A stretch of DNA of 64,000 bases, from the NCBI GenBank assembly GCA_044892525.1, contig CM097885.1, forward strand, positions 115,134,001 through 115,198,000, in the 5' to 3' direction. This document shows positions 1 through 11,206 of the stretch, piece by piece. The DNA is from Schmidtea polychroa. Taxonomy: Eukaryota. The notes under the pieces were generated by a model, which was given only the letters and a program-made list of their open reading frames with translations, did no database searches and was not told the origin of the DNA. How positions within the stretch are numbered: the stretch's first letter is position 1; every line of letters starts with the position of its first letter. The translations under genes and the position numbers were made by a program.

Positions 1-1646
1 CAGACGATATCTTATGAATTTACTATGCTGCAGACAAACAGTTGGATTTAATCGCAAACGGTGATTGTCAAGATTCTTTCTTAGCTACTCTGATCGTCAG
101 GCTGATTTTCCTGAAAGATTTTCCTCAATCTATGTGAAGTTTGTTTGGATCTATCTAAACACTCATATCCATCTAAATCCGGATTAACCTCTGTTGGGAG
201 TTCAAGCTTCCTATACGAATATCAGAAATCCCGATATAACTGAACGAAATGATAGAATTATCCTCCTAACGATCGCGCTGAGTGAAGGAAAATTTTTACT
301 CCGCAACTGGATTTTTCCATCTACCGAGTCTCATCACCCCTCATGACACACCCAAGAAGGCATTCATTGCTGCCGCCATTCTTGCACCGTCATGAGGGAC
401 CAATCAACTCCTTTACATTCAAAAAAAAAAATTAAACATTCGTATAAAAGTCATAATAATGACAGAATAAATGATGAGCAAAATAAACAAATCGAAATAC
501 CCGGCGACCATATCATCTGGGCTCCAAGTATGATGCTTTTCCCTTTTCGATCATATATTCAATTTCAGCATTTGCAAACATCTCATTGATTATTATCACC
601 TTCTCCAGTCCTAATATCTTCGCAACATCTCCTAGATGCATGCCACAAAAACTCCTCGTGGCTACTTCCTCCATTTGGCATCATACTTGAAATCACCAGA
701 GGGTATAGTCGTCGGCACCATGAAGAAAGGCAGTTTCTATTTTCAAATAAATTTATTAAATGAAATTATTCTTATTATTTACAAAAATTTACTAAAGTCA
801 ATCATAAATATCTATTAAATTCAATCATATAAGACTAATCCATAAATAACTTAACATACTTCGAGGTTTGAAAAACTGGAGTTAATCGGTTAACGCGAAG
901 GTTTTCTTGAGTAAGTTTACTGAGCTTCTTCCTAAAATCGATTTGGTTGTTTTTGAAATTAGTCCTTCGTAGTAGTTCGTAAGTCAAGTTCTGCAATCGT
1001 GAAAATTAAAGTGGTTCCTGAATGTCGTCCTGTAGAGTTTGGTTAAAAGTGGTTGTTCAAATTTAAGAATTTTACCTGTAGAGTTTGGTTAAAAGTGGTA
1101 CTCTACTAATTTTTCGCGTTTCTTATATACTATTTTTTCGTCCAATCAGGACTCAGTTAGGTTGTAATTTTTATATTTATTATTATTTAATGTTTTTATT
1201 ATAATATATTAGCCTTTAATAACTTAACTTATTTCTTATTATTATTTTATTTATTTTTCTTATTCTTATTATTTTTCTCCTATTTTTCCTGCTGATTTAT
1301 GGTTACTTTATTGCCATATGATTTTTTGTTTTAATTAGGCTTAGAGATATTTTTATTTTTATTTATTGCTTTAATTTCTCGTTTATTTTCTCTCACTTTT
1401 TCGTTTATTCTATTTCTACTTTACCCGCTGGGTGCTTTAAATCCTTTCTCTTTTGTCTTCGTTCCAATTCTTAGGGGTTTTATTTATTTATTACTTATTC
1501 TTATTTCTTTTTATGGGTATTTTATTGTTTCCTTATTTACTATTGAGGTTTGATGGTAATTTATCTTTTATTATATTTTGTTTATTTTTCGAGGTTCGCT
1601 TCCCGATTCAACCCAGTTTTTCTCTACTTCAAAATTTAGCCCAACA
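1..1646 (-). repeat. 3' LTR (partial)
   Basis: Matches 33846-35452 apart from a 39-bp indel near 345-383, a 1-nt A-run difference and at least one substitution. Identity stops at ...tttagcccaaca (1646). Confidence 0.95.
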
Positions 1647-1877
1647 AATCACTCCGGGGCCCGTTAAAATTGCGTCCCGCAATTCACATAACATCATACA
1701 TTCAAATCATACTTCCTTTGGTATCAAATCTAATCTCATAATCAACATTCACACAAACATAAAAATAAATCGACTAACTAATACTTTAATTGACAGATAA
1801 AAGACAAATAAAAGCAAGCAGTGGCCACATATGGTGACCGGATTTATATACACAAATTTATGGATAGTCACAGGATC

Positions 1878-2522
1878 TCAAAGTTCTGAATGTCGTTCCT
1901 GTCTTGGTGAATTGTTATTCGGGAATCTCTGAGAATTCTGAATTGAATGGCTGGTTGACGTTGTTGACGTGGAGAGTTGGATTGTGACGGGTATCTGGTT
2001 AGAGGATAGATTTTGTCGCGTTTGGTCAGATTGGTCTGGTGTTTGAAAACGCACTGTTCGTGTATGCTTGTTTCTTGGTCGTGGGTTCTTTCTTTTGGGT
2101 TTCTCGAATTGTGGTTGGTTTCTTCTCCATGCTCGATAGATATCATACGCTTTCCAGATGACTAGCGCGCAGATGAGGATGGTTTCACTAATTGTAGCAT
2201 AGAACAGGACTTGACTTTCTTTTGCTTCTTTCTTCACGAGGGTTTCTTTCAGAGATTGTTGGGTGGTTTGTTCTTGTAGGAGAATTTCGAGTTGTTCGAT
2301 CCTTTGGGTTTGTAAACTGAGTTGTATTTGGGCCTTTTGCCAGACGGCTTTGTTCCAACATGGTTTCTGGAGGTTGTTGTAGGGTTTTCTTTCGTTTTAT
2401 AGTTTGGTTATTGGGTCTTGTTGCTCTTCGGGACTCTTCCAACGTGTTGGGGTTGACTACCACATGGGTATTCCGTTTATTGTTATCATTATTATGGTTA
2501 TCAGGGTTGCTCCGGACCACAT
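1878..2522 (-). pseudogene. Accessory type-I membrane protein (signal peptide + coiled coil + TM), two in-frame stops
   Basis: ATG 2522 reads MWSGATLITIIMITINGIP and is in frame with the 1878-2237 ORF containing hydrophobic ISETILICALVIW. Confidence 0.55.
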
Positions 2523-2572
2523 ACTACTATACGAATATTTTATATACATTTATTTACATCAATTATCCATTT

Positions 2573-3265
2573 TTAATTATGGTCGGGATTTCTTTTTAGT
2601 GCTTTCTCAGATGCTCTCATCACTTCCGTTTCCGCTTTTATTACTCGTTTTCTCAATTCTGGCAGTACTTCTAGTTGCTTATCTCTTTCGTCTACCTGTT
2701 GTTTTAGGATCTTTATTTTTCCTTTTAACACCTTTATTTCCTGGGTTGCTCTTTCCAGGTTGTTATGGTTCAGTATTTGTAAGAAGTCGTTTCCTCTTTC
2801 CTCGTCTTTTTCGTCGTCTATCTCTTGGTATTTGTTGTTCAGTTTCCTCATTATCTCACACTCCTTTTGTTTTTGATGTAATTGGAGTTGTAGCTCTTTC
2901 AGGCTTTCTTGGTGTTTTCGTGCTTCTGTTCTCCAATAATCATTAATGACTTCGTCTGCCTTTCTACTGGCCCTTTCCTGCCATAATTCTTCTGCAATCT
3001 TCTCCCAATTTCTTCCTCGTTTTCTTTGCTCGTGGAGCCATTCGTTCTCCTCTTCTACTTCTTTCTTCACTTCTTCTAGCAAGGTGTATTCTTTTTTCAA
3101 TACTTTAATCATTTTTCGATTGTCTCTCCATCTCTCTGCTAATCTTTCGTTCTCTTGTCTTTCTTCTTGTAATTCTTCCTTGATAGTTCTCTTCCTCTCC
3201 ACTTCTTCGACTTCAATTTCTCCCTCTTCTAGTTCAGTTGTGGCGAGTATTTCCTCTATTTTCAT
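2573..3265 (-). CDS. Accessory coiled-coil protein, 230 aa, unknown function
   Basis: Open ORF, E/K/R-rich heptads, ttgcag acceptor 2 nt before the ATG. Confidence 0.65.
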   Translation of the reverse strand: MKIEEILATTELEEGEIEVEEVERKRTIKEELQEERQENERLAERWRDNRKMIKVLKKEYTLLEEVKKEVEEENEWLHEQRKRGRNWEKIAEELWQERASRKADEVINDYWRTEARKHQESLKELQLQLHQKQKECEIMRKLNNKYQEIDDEKDEERGNDFLQILNHNNLERATQEIKVLKGKIKILKQQVDERDKQLEVLPELRKRVIKAETEVMRASEKALKRNPDHN

Positions 3266-3448
3266 TTCTGCAATATGTACAATTAATATTTGCGCTACAG
3301 TGCGGCTTATACTTATATATTTATAGGTAATTTATATAATTAGGGTTACAGTCCCGTAAATACTTTTATCGTACTATTAAATTTTTTTTTTTTTTTTTTT
3401 GGGATACAGGTTCCGATTTTTTTTAATTTTTATCTTTTCTATATGCCT

Positions 3449-4494
3449 TTACACAAAGGTCTCTTCCTGACCTACATATCCTTCATCGCTTTTCACTGAC
3501 GCTTGTAGATGGAGTGCGATGGGATCGAATGGAATATAGTTTCGAGGAATCTGAGCTCTAAGCTCCTGGACTTCGTCTCTTAATGCTCTTGATACGTTAA
3601 GTTCCTCGTCTAACAGGTATGTCAGATACCTGGTTTCGTCATCCCTTACTTCTATCTGTTTTTCTAACTCTTCCGCCTTTTCGCCGTTTTCCCATTTTTT
3701 GATCTCCTTTTCTAGGTTTTTGATGTTTTCATCATACATCTTCCTTTCATTTTCTAGTTTTTTGTTTTTTCCGGCTAGCACTATGTTCCTTTGTTCTAGT
3801 GCCCCTTTATAGCCGTTATTGTCTCGCTCCAGGTCTGTCACCTTATTCACGAGTTCAACGATTCTCCCTGACTGTTGCAGGATCATCTCTTCCATGGCAG
3901 TATTTTCCTGTTCTTTCATAGATAACTTCATGGCCAGATGCCTTTCAAATTCCATGGCCTTGGTCTGCCAGGTTTGACTTCGGGCGGCGATTTTTCTGAG
4001 CCTCCTTAGCTCCTCTCTTTGGTCAAGGTTTTCTTCCCATTTTCCTTGCTCACTCTCGTATCCTAGTCTCTGAGGCAATTCTTTCATTTCTTTTTTAATT
4101 TCTTGATGTGATCTTTTCCACTTTCTGGCTTCTGTCAATAGTTGACGAGATTTCCTTTCCTCTTTTTTGGGTTTGTAAACTGAGTAAACCGTTTTTTATT
4201 CTCGTTGGTCAGTCTTTTTCTCGACTCCTGTACTAATTGTTTTAGGTAGTGACTGTGAGCTTCCTGTCGAGTACTCTCTAGTGCTGCCCATTTGGCGGCT
4301 CTTTTACATGCCTCTGCCTCTGCTCGTAAATTTTGCACCAACCACTGGAATTGGTGGTTCTCCCATTCTCTTGCTTCTTCGAGATAGTTTCGTGTTTGGT
4401 TTGCTAGTTGCGCCATCACTTTGGCCCATCTTTCTCGGTGCATCTTATTGATTCTTATCTCGTGGTTTTGGGCTTCAGTTTGTTCTGAGGTCAT
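3449..4494 (-). pseudogene. Accessory coiled-coil protein (~350 aa) with one frameshift near 4170
   Basis: The 4135-4512 and 3449-4138 ORFs join across an A-run (EERKSRQLLTEARK). ATG 4494 has a ttcag acceptor 7 nt upstream. Confidence 0.6.
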
Positions 4495-4706
4495 TTTTAA
4501 TCTGAATAACAATGTTATTAACTTGACGTCGCAAATTTGTTTTTATTATTTATTGTTTATAATTCATTATCGGTGGGTTGCTTTAAAATTTTTCCGCTTG
4601 AGTTTACCATTAATATATTTGGGGCTTAGCTACACTACTATATATTATTTTGCTGGATATATACGCCGATATTTACAAATTAGTATATACAAAATTATTC
4701 GTTTCA

Positions 4707-6106
4707 CTACTCTGTCCTACTCTTTCCATCTCGCCTCACTGTTATCTTTTTGTATATGGTATCGTTCCTCGTCATGTCCTCTACTTTTCGCTGTAAGATG
4801 AAATTCGGTGCTCCGGATGCTGGTCCTTCTTCCTCCAATGGCATCTGATAACATACGAGGTTTCCTGCTGTATGAAAACTCTGTTCATGTATACTTTGAT
4901 GATTCATCATTGCGAGGTTTATTTTCGCTTTGAACGTCATTCGATTAGCTCGTCGTATAACCCTTTGCACATAAAAAAGAATACTGAAAAATGTGTTCCG
5001 TATGCGCTTCCGTCCCAGTTGGGATACGCTTTCATTTTCATTTTATACCCGTTTTTCCATGCATAGAATGCTGGACTTAGCAATGTTGTATCCTTTCCGT
5101 TTCTCGCTTTCTGCATTTTTTCTTTTACTCCCGTTATCTTCCATATGTAGGGAGCCGTTGGTATTAATTCGTTGAGGTCCATTTTGCTCACTCTTTGATA
5201 TAGTTCTTTCACCATATTATTGCTAGTTTCTACTAAGTCGGTCTGTATCTTCGTACTTGTTCTCGCTTCTTCAAATGCTTCTTTTTCTTGTAATAACTCC
5301 TTTACCAACGCTTTTAGCGAGATTATTTCTTTTTCTAAGTTTTCGGTTTTCCTTTCGTTTTCTTGTAATACCGTTGACCACATCTCCGCGTGTGTTGATA
5401 CGTTCTCTGCTAGATGTTGGGGTAATTCTCCTCGGTGTAATTGTTTCTGACATCCCCATTTTCCTAACACACACGTTATCTTTTTCCTTTCACATTCTCT
5501 CAGATGTTGGGCGAGTTTTATAACTCCTGATTTATTGCATTTGTTAGGGCATTCTCCTCTGAACTCTGCGCACACTTTTTCCTCTTGTAGGTTGTGATGT
5601 TGATTAGTTAATTTTCTCCAGGTATCAGTTTCTCCGCAATATTCACATTTTTCCAGCCTTTCCTCGCATCGACTTTGATGTTCTTCCTCCTCATTTGCTT
5701 TAATCACTTCCTGGCAGCGTTTACATTGAGTGATCTTATATGCACATCCCTCCATATGCTGCTTGACTTCCCATATCAATCCTCGCCAACTACATGGGGT
5801 GTTTTTACATCCTAAATTTGCATTCAACATATCTTTCACTGCCGCTTTATCCTCGTTTGTCTCTTCCAAACTTGTTATCATGGCTTCTTTACATACTGGG
5901 CACCATTGTGGTCCCTTCTTTATTATCTCTTCTACACATTCTTTGCACATTCTGCATCCACATCTGGTTTGGTGAGGCTCTTTTAATAAACTCTTGCATA
6001 TTCCACACATTACATGGTTGTGTATTTGAATTGTGGTGGATTGTCTGACTAGCTCGACAATCTCTTTGAACTCTTCTCTTTGTCGCTTGTCCATTTCTAC
6101 AATCAT
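4707..6106 (-). pseudogene. Intronless TRAF-family protein (RING, TRAF zinc fingers, coiled coil, MATH) with stop/frameshift at ~4937
   Basis: CGICKSLLKEPHQTRCGCRMCKEC..CPVC RING; repeated C/H fingers; MATH start YIWKI..SPAFY..GYKM..YPN.DG..GTHFSVFF..KG.YD. MATH continues in the 4707-4970 frame (FKAKINL..ASGAPNF..NDTIY). Confidence 0.92.
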
Positions 6107-6185
6107 ATATATATATATATATATATTCGTTACTGGTACAGTTTCGTATTCTATTTACAATTATTTACATTTTATTTGGCTATAT

Positions 6186-6545
6186 TTATTGGCTAGAAGA
6201 GTCGGCCTCCTGTCCGCCCTCTTCCCTATTGGTTAACCATTCTGACCAGTCTTCCATCTCTACTTGCTCGGCTTCCTCCATCATTCTTTCTAATTCGATT
6301 TCTTGTCTTTGACTATACCGTGTTATTCGTTCTATCTCTCTCTGCATTTGGTTGATTTGTACCCTCTGGTCCTCAATTATTTTTAAATAACTAAATCCTT
6401 TGTTCAGACTATCTACTAAGTTCCTTTGCGCAGTGAGTCCTTGCTCCTGTAGATTTGATACTAATTGTGCTAATACGGTACATTGTTGCTTCCACATGTC
6501 CTCAGTTGTTGTATTGTGGTTTATCTCGTTGTTTGTCTGCTCCAT
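6186..6545 (-). CDS. Small accessory coiled-coil/acidic protein, unknown function
   Basis: Open ORF from ATG 6545 (MEQTNNEIN...) between AT-rich spacers. Confidence 0.5.
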   Translation of the reverse strand: MEQTNNEINHNTTTEDMWKQQCTVLAQLVSNLQEQGLTAQRNLVDSLNKGFSYLKIIEDQRVQINQMQREIERITRYSQRQEIELERMMEEAEQVEMEDWSEWLTNREEGGQEADSSSQ

Positions 6546-6690
6546 TCTTAATTTATATAGACTTTTCAACCCTTATCTAATTTTAACTTCATATTATTAT
6601 CCCCATAATTATATAATATTGATACCGCGCTTGTATAAAAATATAGAATACTGTTATATAAATAGACATAATGTACTTACTTTTTACAAT

Positions 6691-8085
6691 CTATATACAG
6701 TCATAATCCTTTCTATATTTGTGAGTTTGGAGGGGCTGAGCATTCCAGGCCTCCACCCACTGTTCTTGCTTGATTTTACTTGGTCGTTTGACTCGATGCT
6801 GAAAATTTCTGATTCTGGCCATCTCCAGTTCTCCGCGATGTCGTCTGTCTTTGATTATTTTTATCGTTCCCCCCGTTATGATTAAAAAGGCCCCAGCTAT
6901 TATTATTCCGCTGATCCACATCATCTGTTTTACGCTGATAATTTCCGATTTTTCCTTGTTTGTTGATATCGTCTCTGTACTTTTCTGATTACCGCCTTTG
7001 CCATTTCCCTTTATCATTCCTCGTATTCTCGCTATCTCCTCGTTCATACCTTCCTTTGCCATTTTTTGTATTTTTTCCATCTCTTCCTCTGACACATAAT
7101 TATCTTGATATTTCTCACTGGTTTTCTTGCGCTTTTCTTCCTCATCTTTTTCATCATTGCTTTTTCTTTTCTTCCCTCTTTTCCCAGGGTATCGTCGACA
7201 TTCTCTCTCTGTATCGTTTCTCCAGATACATACCGTGTATTCTTTTGGAGGTTGTTGCTGTGTTACATATTGTAAACAGTCTTCACCCGGTCTTAATCTT
7301 GAAATACAGACTTTGTGTTCTTTCCTTGGCTGGAGTTGCGTTATCACTGCCTCACCTCCTTTTTCCAGGTGTACCTCTTTCCCTTTAACTTTCGTTATTC
7401 TCTTCCCGTCTCGATTTCGGTATGCTTCTTGTATTCTTACTTCCGTTATCGGTTCTGTATCTTCATTTATCAACACTAGTCTCTGATATGCTCTAGACAT
7501 ACATCTTCCTAGTATGCACCTTTCTTTTAGATCCCATTCCTCTTTTAGATCCCATTGCTGATCCTGTGACCGTTTTTTCTTCCCCTGGTTTAGTTCTTCC
7601 TCCTTGTTGTCTTTGTTTTCCGTTTCTTTGGCTTCTTTTATTGTTCTCATCCCCCCATGGGCTGTTACTAACTCCATCATTGTTAGCACAATTATCATTA
7701 ATATCATATTCGTCTCTATTTCCTTGTTGGTGAAAAGTAGGCATACCCTCTGTTTTTCATTGTTCGTCTTTTCTTCTTCCTTTGTTCGGTTTCCGTGGGT
7801 GTTCTCCTCCTTTTTTGCACTTGAGTCGTTATTCCTTTGATTATTCTCTTTTGATTTCTTTTTCTCTCTGTCATCGTTTCGCCCTTTTCCATTATTATCG
7901 TCGTTATCGTCGTCTTTATCTCCCCCGCTGTCGTTTAAAATGTCGTCCTCGACATTTATATCGTTCAATAATCTGCGATATGATGTTAACACTCTGTTCC
8001 TTGCTAATTTTGCTTCGAATTCAAACTCTTTCCTCCCCGTTGCCGCATGTCTCTTTCTATTCCATTCCTTGACTAATTCTCTCAA
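6691..8085 (-). CDS. C-terminal pol extension: internal signal sequence, FN3-like ectodomain, TM helix, cytoplasmic tail
   Basis: Separated from the upstream ankyrin ORF by one in-frame TGA (8110-8112). Hydrophobic MILMIIVLTMMELVTA and MMWISGIIIAGAFLIITGG segments; ITQLQPRKEHKVCI resembles the FN3 L.P..Y.VC motif. Confidence 0.6.
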   Translation of the reverse strand: MRELVKEWNRKRHAATGRKEFEFEAKLARNRVLTSYRRLLNDINVEDDILNDSGGDKDDDNDDNNGKGRNDDREKKKSKENNQRNNDSSAKKEENTHGNRTKEEEKTNNEKQRVCLLFTNKEIETNMILMIIVLTMMELVTAHGGMRTIKEAKETENKDNKEEELNQGKKKRSQDQQWDLKEEWDLKERCILGRCMSRAYQRLVLINEDTEPITEVRIQEAYRNRDGKRITKVKGKEVHLEKGGEAVITQLQPRKEHKVCISRLRPGEDCLQYVTQQQPPKEYTVCIWRNDTERECRRYPGKRGKKRKSNDEKDEEEKRKKTSEKYQDNYVSEEEMEKIQKMAKEGMNEEIARIRGMIKGNGKGGNQKSTETISTNKEKSEIISVKQMMWISGIIIAGAFLIITGGTIKIIKDRRHRGELEMARIRNFQHRVKRPSKIKQEQWVEAWNAQPLQTHKYRKDYDCI

Positions 8086-8109
8086 TTGAATACGACGATG
8101 TTTTCCAAT

Positions 8110-8670
8110 TCACTTTTGTTCATTTTGATTTTGCGTGAATTTGAGGTCTTCCCGGTTTAGTACGATCAGTATGATTTTAGGAGTTCCTCCTTTCGTCAGC
8201 GTATTTTTAACCATTGCATTTTCTCCGTTTTCGTAGAACTCATTGATATTAATTGCATATTTATTGCTTTGTGGTATTCTCCATGTTAACAGTAACTTCA
8301 TAGCTTCTAAGTTTTTCCGTATCGTATTCCATTGGAACTGTGACGTATTCTTACAGATATTTTCTACCTCGTATCTTGTCGCATTTTTACAGATGAATCT
8401 AATCATTTCCAAGTTTGGTTGTATTGTTGCCCAATCCATGGTGGAATTTCCCTCGTTTGAGGTTTCGTCAAGTCTTGAACCTGATTGATGTAATATATGT
8501 AATGTTTTCGGGTGTATATTTGTTATTGCCGCATACATCATTGCTGTTTCTCCTTGTTCGTTTTTAGCGTTAGATTCTTCTCCTAAATCTCTAAGAATTC
8601 GCATGATTGTTATTGCTCTATTTTCTTTTGCTGCTAGTATTGCTTGTTGTAATGGTGTTCTTGAGTCTTT
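8110..8670 (-). pseudogene. Second ankyrin-repeat block of the pol extension
   Basis: TPLQQAI; NAKNEQGETAMMYAA; NEGNSTMDWA. Frameshift from the integrase ORF near 8670. Confidence 0.8.
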
Positions 8671-11194
8671 TGTTGGTATGGTGAATGCTTGTCTTTATTT
8701 TTCCTATGTCTAGATTTGTGGTCTGATCCCTTGCGTAGGTGTGTACTGTTTTTATTATTTTCGCTAGTATCGCTTCGTCAGATAAATCTCGCATTTCTTC
8801 GAAGAACACCTCTTTGGCTTTACGTATTACTATCTCGTGATCGGAGTTTATTATCTTTGCTTTACTTGTGGTTGTTATATTGTTTGGTATTTGATCGTCT
8901 TGTTTCTCAGACTCCCTGGTTGTTACTTTCTTCATTTTTATCTTTTTCCTGTTTGAACTGTTAATGCGTTCCTCCGCCGTAAGCACTTGAATAATACTTA
9001 GGTAGTTTTCTCGAATGTTATTCATGGTTTCCATCATATATAAGACACTCACAGTTTCCCAATATTTTACTTGTACTTTTTCGGTGAATTGAGATATGGA
9101 TTTTTCGAAACTGATAATTCGCTTTCTGATCAGTTGTTCGTCTTTGTGGTTTGAGAGCTTTATACCTCGTTGCAATAGTTGATTTGGAATTTCGAATAGA
9201 TGGTGTCCTCTCATAGCTTCTCTCATCAAGGTGTTTTCTCCTTTGGTAAATGTTTCGTTTATATCTACCATATAATCGTTTTTGATCGGGTTTCTCCACG
9301 AAATTAGTATTCCAGTAATGGTTATCAATTTCTCTTTGATTGCGGTTAATAGCCCGTCATACATATTTCCTATCTCTCTATTATCCTCATATGATAATAG
9401 ATCTACTAAGATTATGAAAGCTTCAGTACTTTTTCCTTTGATTGCATGATGTAGTGCATTTTTCTGATCGTGATCTTGTGTGGTTATCTTTGACCCTGTT
9501 TCCAGCAATGCTGTAATGATATCTTTAGTTTTATCCCGATTTGCTGCTATCATTAGTGGAGTGTAACCTTGATTGTTTTCTTGATTTGTCGAAATGTTAC
9601 AGTCATGAAATGCTTCAATCGTTTCCAATATTTGTTCATTATTACCAACCTTTAAAAGTTTGTGTAATGGTGTATCTCCGTAGTGGTCTGTGATCGTGAA
9701 TAATATAGGCCATTGACTTTTAACCACTCTGAGCAATGGGTGCGTTCTTTCCCGATTTGCATAATTTTCTATCATTGTTAGTAGACCTCCTAGTATTTCA
9801 AAATCCAATCTATCTTTTGCCCATCCGGGTATTTTAACTTTTACCTCTTTTATGATTCTTTCTGCTTCTGACGGTTGTAATCCTAGTCGACTGCCTGTTG
9901 GTTCGGTTACCTGTCGTAACATGTTCATTCTGTACGTTTGTGATCTTGTTGTTAATGTACGTCCTTCTGGCTGGCTAGTAGCTGTTTTCGGTATTGGTTT
10001 GCAGCGTGCAACGTTTACATATATTGGCCTTGTGAATGGATTGTTTACTAATCGTACTCTTACGTTAGTTTCTCCGACGAATAAAATCTCATACGGTCCT
10101 TTGCCATTGCGTTGTAATTTCTTGGTGGTTCCGGGAATTAATTCTGGTGTTTCGATCATCACCCAATCGCCTGTTTGAAACGTATGTTGTTTAACGTTTT
10201 TCTTTCTATCATGCAGATCTTTGTAGCTCTCCTGATAAAATTTTATGTTTAATCCTGCAGTTTCCCAGATTTCCTGCATTCTTTCCTTGAACTTCGTTAC
10301 ATAATCGTCTATTTCCATATATTGTGATATTGGTAGCTGATACTCTAAATCCATTGGCATATTACATTCTCTGCCGTACATCAACTTGAACGGACTCATC
10401 TTTGTGGATGCATGGATTGACATCCGGTAAGCCATTAGACATAATTTTATGTATTCATCCCAATCCCGTTGGTGACGGTCAACATAATTTGACAACATTT
10501 GAATGAGCGTTCCATTGAATCTTTCTGTCATACCATTTGTTTGTGGATGATACGGTGATGTTCTTAATTTTGCAATCTTGAAGTAGTTGGTTACTTCGCT
10601 CATTATTTCACTCATGAAATTTGTCCCTTGATCGGTCAGTATTTGTTTTGGCGTTCCATATCGACAACATATCTCTTCTACTAGTATTTTGGCTATTGTT
10701 TTTGCTTTCTGGTCTGCCATAGCGAACGCTTCAGGGAATTTAGTTAGATAATCCGTAATTACCAATATATAAATATTTCCTCTATCTGATTCTGGCAGTG
10801 GACCGACTACGTCCATTGATATCATTATCATTGGTTCAGCTGGTACTGGCATTGGCGTTAATGGTGCTTTCCATTTTGTTCCCGTATTTTTCCTAGTTGC
10901 GCAAGTTATACAATTTTTCACCCATTCCATTACATCCTCAGGTAACGTAGGCCAGAAGTATTTTTGTTTCATTCGTGCTAGCGTCTTTTTTGATGACATA
11001 TGTCCTCCGAGTCTTCCGTCATGATATTGCGTTAGCAAATCCTTGCGTCTATTCTCTGGGATACACATTAGTCTTTTTTCACCATCCATTATCAATAACC
11101 AATCCTTTTCTATTATATATCGGTGTCGATGTTTATCCATATGCTCTTTCAACTTTTGATCTTTCTCATATACCTCTGCTTTCCCGGTTTTCAC
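8618..11194 (-). CDS. Integrase (HHCC, DDE, GPY) fused to ankyrin repeats
   Basis: YHDGRLGGH..CITC; SMDVVGP; TDQGTNF; PYHPQTNGMTERFN; GPYEI; then GDTPLHKL, GYTPLMIAA, KNALHHAI. Confidence 0.95.
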   Translation of the reverse strand: MKTGKAEVYEKDQKLKEHMDKHRHRYIIEKDWLLIMDGEKRLMCIPENRRKDLLTQYHDGRLGGHMSSKKTLARMKQKYFWPTLPEDVMEWVKNCITCATRKNTGTKWKAPLTPMPVPAEPMIMISMDVVGPLPESDRGNIYILVITDYLTKFPEAFAMADQKAKTIAKILVEEICCRYGTPKQILTDQGTNFMSEIMSEVTNYFKIAKLRTSPYHPQTNGMTERFNGTLIQMLSNYVDRHQRDWDEYIKLCLMAYRMSIHASTKMSPFKLMYGRECNMPMDLEYQLPISQYMEIDDYVTKFKERMQEIWETAGLNIKFYQESYKDLHDRKKNVKQHTFQTGDWVMIETPELIPGTTKKLQRNGKGPYEILFVGETNVRVRLVNNPFTRPIYVNVARCKPIPKTATSQPEGRTLTTRSQTYRMNMLRQVTEPTGSRLGLQPSEAERIIKEVKVKIPGWAKDRLDFEILGGLLTMIENYANRERTHPLLRVVKSQWPILFTITDHYGDTPLHKLLKVGNNEQILETIEAFHDCNISTNQENNQGYTPLMIAANRDKTKDIITALLETGSKITTQDHDQKNALHHAIKGKSTEAFIILVDLLSYEDNREIGNMYDGLLTAIKEKLITITGILISWRNPIKNDYMVDINETFTKGENTLMREAMRGHHLFEIPNQLLQRGIKLSNHKDEQLIRKRIISFEKSISQFTEKVQVKYWETVSVLYMMETMNNIRENYLSIIQVLTAEERINSSNRKKIKMKKVTTRESEKQDDQIPNNITTTSKAKIINSDHEIVIRKAKEVFFEEMRDLSDEAILAKIIKTVHTYARDQTTNLDIGKIKTSIHHTNKRLKNTITTSNTSSKRK

Positions 11195-11206
11195 GTATTC
11201 GATAAT

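Noticed and set aside
392-1800. Plus-strand ORFs within the LTR (and their copies at 34-35.4 kb)
   Set aside because: Low-complexity, hydrophobic translations of AT-rich LTR sequence with no motifs.
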